From assembly GCA_019751945.1 (NCBI GenBank), contig JAIEMT010000007.1:2608-66607 (forward strand): DNA of 64,000 nt, written 5' to 3'. Numbering within the stretch: the first letter of the stretch is position 1; each line of letters begins with the position of its first letter. Made by a program: the position numbers and the translations under genes. Source of the stretch: a bacterium (GTDB lineage Bacteria > Bdellovibrionota > UBA1018). The notes beneath the pieces are model-generated. The model searched no databases. It was not told the origin of the DNA and saw only the letters and a list, made by a program, of their open reading frames with translations. Of the stretch, positions 58,739 through 64,000 are shown one piece after another.

Positions 58739-60430
58739 GTGTCGTCTTACGTAGTACTAGCCAGAAAATGGCGTCCAGGACAGTTCTCGGACATCGTCGG
58801 ACAGCAATCCGTTGTCCGCACTTTGATCAACGCCATTCGCACTCAAAGAATCCACCAAGCTTATTTACTCACCGGTTCTCGCGGAATCGGAAAGACCACT
58901 ATTGCCCGAATTTTCGCCAAAGCTGTTCGTTGTGAAAATCCTCAAATTTCTGAAAACGATTTTAAGTCTTGTGATCAGTGTGTGAGCTGTAAAGAAATCA
59001 CCGCTGGCAACGGCGTCGATGTGATTGAAATCGACGGAGCTTCCAATAACGGTGTGGATGCGATTCGTGAAATTCGCGAGAACGCAAAATATCTTCCCTC
59101 AACTGGCTCTCGAAAAATTTACATCATCGATGAAGTGCACATGCTCACCACCGCAGCATTCAATGCACTTCTGAAAACTTTGGAAGAACCACCGGCTCAC
59201 GTCATCTTTATTTTTGCGACAACCGAACCACATAAAATTCCAGCCACGATTCTTTCTCGCTGTCAGCGTTTTGATTTAAAACGAGTGACCACTGCCCAAG
59301 CACAAACTCGGCTCACGGAAGTTTTGGCAGCAGAAGGAATTGAAGCAGAGCCAGCAGCTCTTGCATTAATTAGCCGGGCTTCCGAAGGTGGAATGCGCGA
59401 TGCGCTTTCTCTTCTAGATCAAGCCATTGCTTACTCGGCGGGCAAAATTACGACTGCAGCAGTGCGTGAGTTTCTGGGAATGATTGAAGGTCAGGCCCTT
59501 GCTGAAATTCTTCGGGGAATTTTAGATCGCAAGCCTCAGAAGTCTTTGGAAATGATTCATAGAGCCTATCAAGACGGACATGATCTCAAAATCTTGACGC
59601 GGGGCTTGGTAAACTTCCTTTATGAAACCATTTTAATGAAAGCGGGATTGGAACAGGGCGGTGGAGAAGATCTGTCCTCTGAAGAACGTGAAGAGATTCG
59701 CTCACTCGTTCCGCTCCGCAGTTTAGAAGAGCTCGAGCTTATTTTCCAAGCCCTTCATTATAGTCTGGATCAGATTGCTCGCTCGTCTCAGCCCAAAGTC
59801 ATCTTAGATATCTTGGTGATTAAGTGCGCCATGGCGGAAGCATTGGTGAGTGTGGATGGTGCAAGTGCTGCACCGTCAGCACCAGCACCACAGCCTAGCA
59901 GGCCCGTACAAATGACTGCAGCTCCCGCACCTCGGCCTGTAGTTTCACAACCCCAGCCGGTGCAATCCACAACACCAGCTCCAACGATTGCTAAACCCGC
60001 AACACCTCCAGCTTCGGCTCCGCAGGGTCCCAAATCTTGGGAAGGTTTTATTCGGCACGTGAAAGCAGCGCGCCCCATGTTAGCGACTATTTTAGAACAT
60101 GCGAATCAATCGGATTTTAGCACTGATGTGTTGGTACTCTTATTCAACTCTGAAGACGCTTATTTCCGCGACCAACTTCAAGCCAAGGCATCGAGCGAGC
60201 CGCTCACTGCTTTAGCAAAAGAATACTTTGGCACGATTCGCCGAATCAAAGTCGACATGAACGACTCCAAAACAGAGAGCGTGGCCGGTCGACGGGAACG
60301 CGAACAAAAAACTCGTGAAGATGCTGCTCGCGACGCGGTAAAAAATAGCGCGGTGATCCGTGAAGCTCAGAATTTATTTGGCGGCGATTTAGGACCCATC
60401 GAACTGTCGGAGAACAACCCGCATGTTTGA
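58739..60430 (+). CDS. dnaX: DNA polymerase III subunit tau/gamma
   Basis: 563 aa. Walker A GSRGIGKTT, zinc module CDQCVSCKE, Walker B IIDEVHML. P/A/Q-rich linker, then tau C-terminal region. Confidence 0.85.
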   Translation: MSSYVVLARKWRPGQFSDIVGQQSVVRTLINAIRTQRIHQAYLLTGSRGIGKTTIARIFAKAVRCENPQISENDFKSCDQCVSCKEITAGNGVDVIEIDGASNNGVDAIREIRENAKYLPSTGSRKIYIIDEVHMLTTAAFNALLKTLEEPPAHVIFIFATTEPHKIPATILSRCQRFDLKRVTTAQAQTRLTEVLAAEGIEAEPAALALISRASEGGMRDALSLLDQAIAYSAGKITTAAVREFLGMIEGQALAEILRGILDRKPQKSLEMIHRAYQDGHDLKILTRGLVNFLYETILMKAGLEQGGGEDLSSEEREEIRSLVPLRSLEELELIFQALHYSLDQIARSSQPKVILDILVIKCAMAEALVSVDGASAAPSAPAPQPSRPVQMTAAPAPRPVVSQPQPVQSTTPAPTIAKPATPPASAPQGPKSWEGFIRHVKAARPMLATILEHANQSDFSTDVLVLLFNSEDAYFRDQLQAKASSEPLTALAKEYFGTIRRIKVDMNDSKTESVAGRREREQKTREDAARDAVKNSAVIREAQNLFGGDLGPIELSENNPHV

Positions 60431-61037
60431 AACACAGAACACCTCCACACGGGATCCAGTCTCACGATTGATTTATGAGCTGACGAAGCTTCCTGGAATT
60501 GGTGAAAAAACTGCCACACGTTTGGCTTATTACATTTTGAAACAAGACGCGGGTTACGCAAAGTCTCTTTCGGATGCCTTAACGACAGCGAAGCAAGCCA
60601 TCAAGCTTTGTAGCACTTGCTTTAATTTCACGAGCGCTGAACCCTGTGCGATTTGTTCGGATCCGCGCCGGGATAGCCACCTCATCTGCGTAGTGGAAAG
60701 ACCTTCTGACGTTCTTTCGATGGAACAATCCGGTGTGCATCGTGGCGTGTACCATGTTTTACACGGCGCCCTCTCTCCGCTCGATGGAATTGGTCCTGAA
60801 GAATTAAAAGTTCGCGAGCTCTTGCAACGTCTCCAAAGTGAAGTGCGGGAAGTCATTTTAGCGACAAATCCCAGCGTGGAAGGCGAAGCAACAGCGATTT
60901 ATCTATCGCGTTTAATCAAACCTCTCGGAGTTCGTTTGACCCAGCTTGCTTACGGATTACCAGTGGGCGGGATGCTCGAATACGCCGACAAACAAACCAT
61001 CAGTCGTGCGATGGAGAACCGCGTGGAGATCTCCTGA
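60423..61037 (+). CDS. recR: Recombination protein RecR
   Basis: 204 aa. HhH N-terminus (LTKLPGIGEKTATRLAYYIL), C4 zinc finger CSTCFNFTSAEPCAICSD, Toprim domain. Overlaps the dnaX stop by 8 nt. Confidence 0.85.
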   Translation: MFETQNTSTRDPVSRLIYELTKLPGIGEKTATRLAYYILKQDAGYAKSLSDALTTAKQAIKLCSTCFNFTSAEPCAICSDPRRDSHLICVVERPSDVLSMEQSGVHRGVYHVLHGALSPLDGIGPEELKVRELLQRLQSEVREVILATNPSVEGEATAIYLSRLIKPLGVRLTQLAYGLPVGGMLEYADKQTISRAMENRVEIS

Positions 61038-61631
61038 TTGAGCTTCATCAATCGTGTTTCAAAAGAAGTTAATTTAAAGATTATTTATTGCGGCACAGGT
61101 CTTTCAGGAAAAACGACGAACGTTCAATACGTTTACGAACAGACTCAGCCAGAGCAACGCGGCAAGCTCCTGAAGCTCAGCGCCGAGAATGAACGAACTT
61201 TGTTTTTTGATTTTTTGCCACTCTCCGTCGGTGCGATGAAAGGGTATAAGACCCGGTTCCATCTGTATACGATTCCGGGGCAAACGTTTTACGATCTGTC
61301 CCGACAATTTATTTTACGGGGTGTGGATGGAGTTGTTTTTGTAGTCGATAGTCAGTCTGAAAGAATGGAAGCAAACATCGAGAGCTATGAGGCGCTCGAG
61401 AAAAGCTTAGAGTTCCAGGGATACGACATCAACAAGCTGCCGCTGGTTTTTCAGTACAACAAGCGGGATGCAATGGGGGCGATGCCGATCAAGGAGCTCG
61501 AAGCAACATTCAACCCGATGAAGCGACCGCATTTCGAAGCAGTTGCCAATCGGGGTGATGGGGTAATGGAGACACTTCAGTCCATCAGTCAGTGGATTGA
61601 AAGTGAGCTCAAAGGGGGGGAATTACCATGA
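61038..61631 (+). CDS. mglA: MglA-like Ras-family small GTPase
   Basis: 197 aa. LKIIYCGTGLSGKTTN (P-loop, compare KIVYYGPGLSGKTTN of MglA), TRFHLYTIPGQ (switch II), QYNKRD (NKxD). Confidence 0.7.
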   Translation: MSFINRVSKEVNLKIIYCGTGLSGKTTNVQYVYEQTQPEQRGKLLKLSAENERTLFFDFLPLSVGAMKGYKTRFHLYTIPGQTFYDLSRQFILRGVDGVVFVVDSQSERMEANIESYEALEKSLEFQGYDINKLPLVFQYNKRDAMGAMPIKELEATFNPMKRPHFEAVANRGDGVMETLQSISQWIESELKGGELP

Positions 61632-62038
61632 GAAAGGATGTCTTAAGGAAGTTTCAAAAAATCTTCGAAGCACAGAGGAAGACAATTCTCTTCAACGATC
61701 GAGTGATCCGCGAAGATTTCAGCGTCAACCACGACGACCGCTTCGATGAAATCGATCAGGCCACCACGGATGTTGAACAGGCTATGAGAATGCGCCTCTG
61801 CAACCGTGAAATTCTTTATCTGAAGAAAGTGGATGAAGCACTCAAACGCATCGAAGATGGAACTTTTGGGGAATGCACGGAATGTGGAGAAGATATCGAG
61901 GTTCGACGGCTGGAAGCTCGTCCGACCGCTAATCTTTGCGTGGGATGCAAAGAAGACCAAGAACGCCGAGAAATTTTGACGGCCGCTGGTCGCAAACACA
62001 AAAGCCTCGGAGAGGCTTTTTCTAAAAAGTTCGCCTAA
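61628..62038 (+). CDS. DksA/TraR-family C4 zinc-finger protein
   Basis: 136 aa. Coiled-coil N-terminal part with acidic DEIDQA tip, then CTECGEDIEVRRLEARPTANLCVGC zinc finger. ATGA overlap with mglA. Confidence 0.6.
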   Translation: MRKDVLRKFQKIFEAQRKTILFNDRVIREDFSVNHDDRFDEIDQATTDVEQAMRMRLCNREILYLKKVDEALKRIEDGTFGECTECGEDIEVRRLEARPTANLCVGCKEDQERREILTAAGRKHKSLGEAFSKKFA

Positions 62039-62044
62039 GCGAAC

Positions 62045-62599
62045 TTGGGGGGAGAGGGAATGAGAAAGTTTATATTCATCGTGGGCGCGGTTGCGCTCGC
62101 AAGTTCATCAGCCTTTGCTGTTCAAGAAACGAAATCAGATAAATTAAAAGCTTTATATGAAGCAGCTCCGAAGCCAGCCGTGATTGGAGATTTTGATCTT
62201 CTAGGAGACCAACAGAGTAAACAGAACTGTGGCTTCTTTGAGCTCGATGACAGCTTTAGCGAAACCTCTATAAAAGGGTACATCTATAATCCGCCGATGC
62301 CCCAGGAAAAAGCAGGTCCGCTCTTTCCGACGCCACCCGCACCAGGATCTGTTTTGGTATTGCTCTTCGGATCCGTCGCTTCTACTCCTCAGTTGCAGGA
62401 TCATTTTGCCAGTTACGTCACCTTTAAATATGGAGCAAGCGCTCTAGAAATGAACGTAGCACCCGAATCCCGCATCTCTGACTCTCCGTGGAGAATTAGT
62501 TTCAAGAAAGATGCGACCTACATCTACTTCAAGCTCGATTCCTATGTTGGCATCGCCGGCAGCGAAACCACTAGGTATGGGTACTGCTGGAGGGAATAA
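62045..62599 (+). CDS. Secreted hypothetical protein
   Basis: 184 aa with a signal peptide (FIFIVGAVALASSSAFA). Confidence 0.35.
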   Translation: MGGEGMRKFIFIVGAVALASSSAFAVQETKSDKLKALYEAAPKPAVIGDFDLLGDQQSKQNCGFFELDDSFSETSIKGYIYNPPMPQEKAGPLFPTPPAPGSVLVLLFGSVASTPQLQDHFASYVTFKYGASALEMNVAPESRISDSPWRISFKKDATYIYFKLDSYVGIAGSETTRYGYCWRE

Positions 62600-62782
62600 G
62601 CCCCATTACCTATACATCATAAGTGATGGAATTTAAGCGGTTTTAGTCGTGACATTCAATGACACATGAGACTTTTATCCTAGATTTGACATACTTATAA
62701 GAGCGGCGGATGGTCCAAAAAAGACCTTGGTAGTATGGTTCATCTGCCGCTTTTATATAGTATCTCTATAGAAAGTCGCTGA

Positions 62783-63610
62783 ATGAAAAACAAAGGGTTT
62801 GGGTTACTCGAAGCCGTCATCGCACTAGGAATTACAGGGGTGGTGGTTCTTGCCGTAATGAATGTCACCGGATTAGGATTAAAAACCCAATTTGAATCCA
62901 ATCTTAAGTTTTCGGCCGATAATTTTCGAAAAAACATTATTCAACATCTCAATAATCCGGTGGCCTGGACCAACACAGTCAATGACGCCGCCAATGCGAG
63001 CTTGCTCTGCCTAAGAACAAACGCAAACTGTGCAGGTGGTGGCGGACCATTCCGCGTAAGAGACGCTTCCAACAATATCGTTTGGGATGCGATTACAAAT
63101 CCTCCAGGTGGAGCGGCAGCGCAGCGGGGTATTACTCCTAATGGTGAGCTCTGCAGTACCTTCAACCAAGCGGCGGGTAACGATGCTTGCCCGCTCCGCC
63201 TAAATCTCACTTGGACACCGGTTTGCCCGGCCGCCGGTGCGTGCATCAGCCCCCCCGTTCGGGTCACGGGTGCTATGACCTATCGAAACTCCACTCCCGC
63301 TCGAACGATGGGCTGGAGAGACACGCAATATGGAATTGATGTGATCATAGGTACGGCGGGTGTGGGAGCGTACCACATCGTCAACACTCAGATCGACGCC
63401 TTTCGGTGGCCGAATGGAGCGGTCTACTGCCCCGTGGGTGAAGTGGCCACAGGGGGAGGAGCTTATTGTCAGGGCCAACCCGGAATTGGCTGGGCTTTTA
63501 TATTCAACAGTAGCCCAACCCTCGATGGACGGGGATGGTCGGCCAACTGTGACACTCCAGAAAACCAGAATGTGCGCTTGTACCTCTACGTTGTTTGCAC
63601 CCGACCGTAG
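62783..63610 (+). CDS. Type IV pilin-like (class III signal peptide) protein with Cys-rich C-terminal domain
   Basis: 275 aa. Prepilin leader MKNKG^FGLLEAVIALGITGVVVLAV (Gly -1, Glu +5, hydrophobic helix). The C-terminal 200 aa hold 10 Cys. Confidence 0.5.
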   Translation: MKNKGFGLLEAVIALGITGVVVLAVMNVTGLGLKTQFESNLKFSADNFRKNIIQHLNNPVAWTNTVNDAANASLLCLRTNANCAGGGGPFRVRDASNNIVWDAITNPPGGAAAQRGITPNGELCSTFNQAAGNDACPLRLNLTWTPVCPAAGACISPPVRVTGAMTYRNSTPARTMGWRDTQYGIDVIIGTAGVGAYHIVNTQIDAFRWPNGAVYCPVGEVATGGGAYCQGQPGIGWAFIFNSSPTLDGRGWSANCDTPENQNVRLYLYVVCTRP

Positions 63611-64000
63611 TTCTTAAACAAGATTTGAAGAAAAAAAATGGATCCATTTGACACCATATTCATGGTTCCCTGTTCTTTTTTACATTTTCCGTGAAAACTA
63701 GTCGGAAAATTATTCAAACCCCGAAAACCGCTCCCCTCTTGATTCTTCAGGCTTTTTTGCCGCAGCTCGTTTCATCCAGGTATTTCTGACGCCTTGCCAA
63801 GACATTGGCACACCCCTCGCATTAGTAAGAACGCAGGAGGCGGTGACACAAATGAAAGGGCTTCAGATGACGTTAGCAGCAGAAAGCACCAACACAAGAA
63901 CAGCAGTCGCCGTTGCCGCCTCCTCTTCTTCCTCTCCAAAGAAACAAGGTTGGCAGTGGCCAACTCCCCTTTGGACCGCTTGGCTTTCACCAAAAAAATG

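Noticed and set aside
1-64000. CRISPR arrays, IS elements, integrases, restriction-modification or toxin-antitoxin systems
   Set aside because: No direct-repeat/spacer periodicity, transposase DDE or tyrosine-recombinase motifs, MTase/REase motifs or small paired toxin-antitoxin ORFs were seen. The inverted repeat at the tRNA is the only repeat with mobile-element flavour, and no recombinase accompanies it.

Overview
The window is 64 kb at about 50% GC, densely coded on both strands, with no rRNA, CRISPR array, transposase or integrase. Gene content (MglA-like Ras-family GTPase, a serine-palmitoyltransferase-like enzyme, many secreted proteases and hydrolases, PSCyt/DUF1501 pairs) fits a Bdellovibrio-like predatory proteobacterium; this is inference, not identification. 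Conserved housekeeping blocks are bioB-bioF-bioD-bioA, lpxC, ruvC-ruvA-ruvB, rho-rpmE-prfA-prmC-murA-HIT-response regulator, mltG-ppx, ppk, and dnaX-recR-mglA-dksA-like. There is one tRNA-Pro(GGG) at about 23.07 kb. The most interesting observations are listed below.
1. The bio operon continues, translationally coupled, into a ferritin-like di-iron protein and a membrane metal-hydrolase. No known pimeloyl-ACP synthesis gene is present in the operon, so these two are candidates for an undescribed pimelate-arm route.
2. tRNA-Pro is followed by a terminator hairpin embedded in a perfect 49-bp inverted repeat that re-uses the last ~15 nt of the tRNA. A secreted-hydrolase-rich accessory stretch lies downstream.
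3. A serine palmitoyltransferase-like gene overlaps a GNAT-family gene by 35 nt, suggesting a bacterial ceramide module.
4. A three-gene cluster encodes a GT2 polyprenyl-phosphate-sugar synthase fused to a YdjC-type deacetylase, a DUF2029/GT87-like GT-C membrane transferase, and a convergent DedA protein. This is a candidate lipid A or glycoconjugate aminosugar-modification system.
5. A seven-gene minus-strand cluster (844..8609) combines PSCyt/DUF1553 cytochrome c, Tat-DUF1501, YceI, a Cyc2-like cytochrome-porin candidate and an M48 protease fused to ankyrin repeats.
Coordinates derived by hand from the sequence text (tRNA, inverted repeat, hairpins) may be off by 1-2 nt; CDS coordinates follow the supplied ORF track, except where a shorter start is argued (ruvA, murA, the 9671..10561 coiled-coil protein, the 21017..21991 aspartic protease, 40674..41165).
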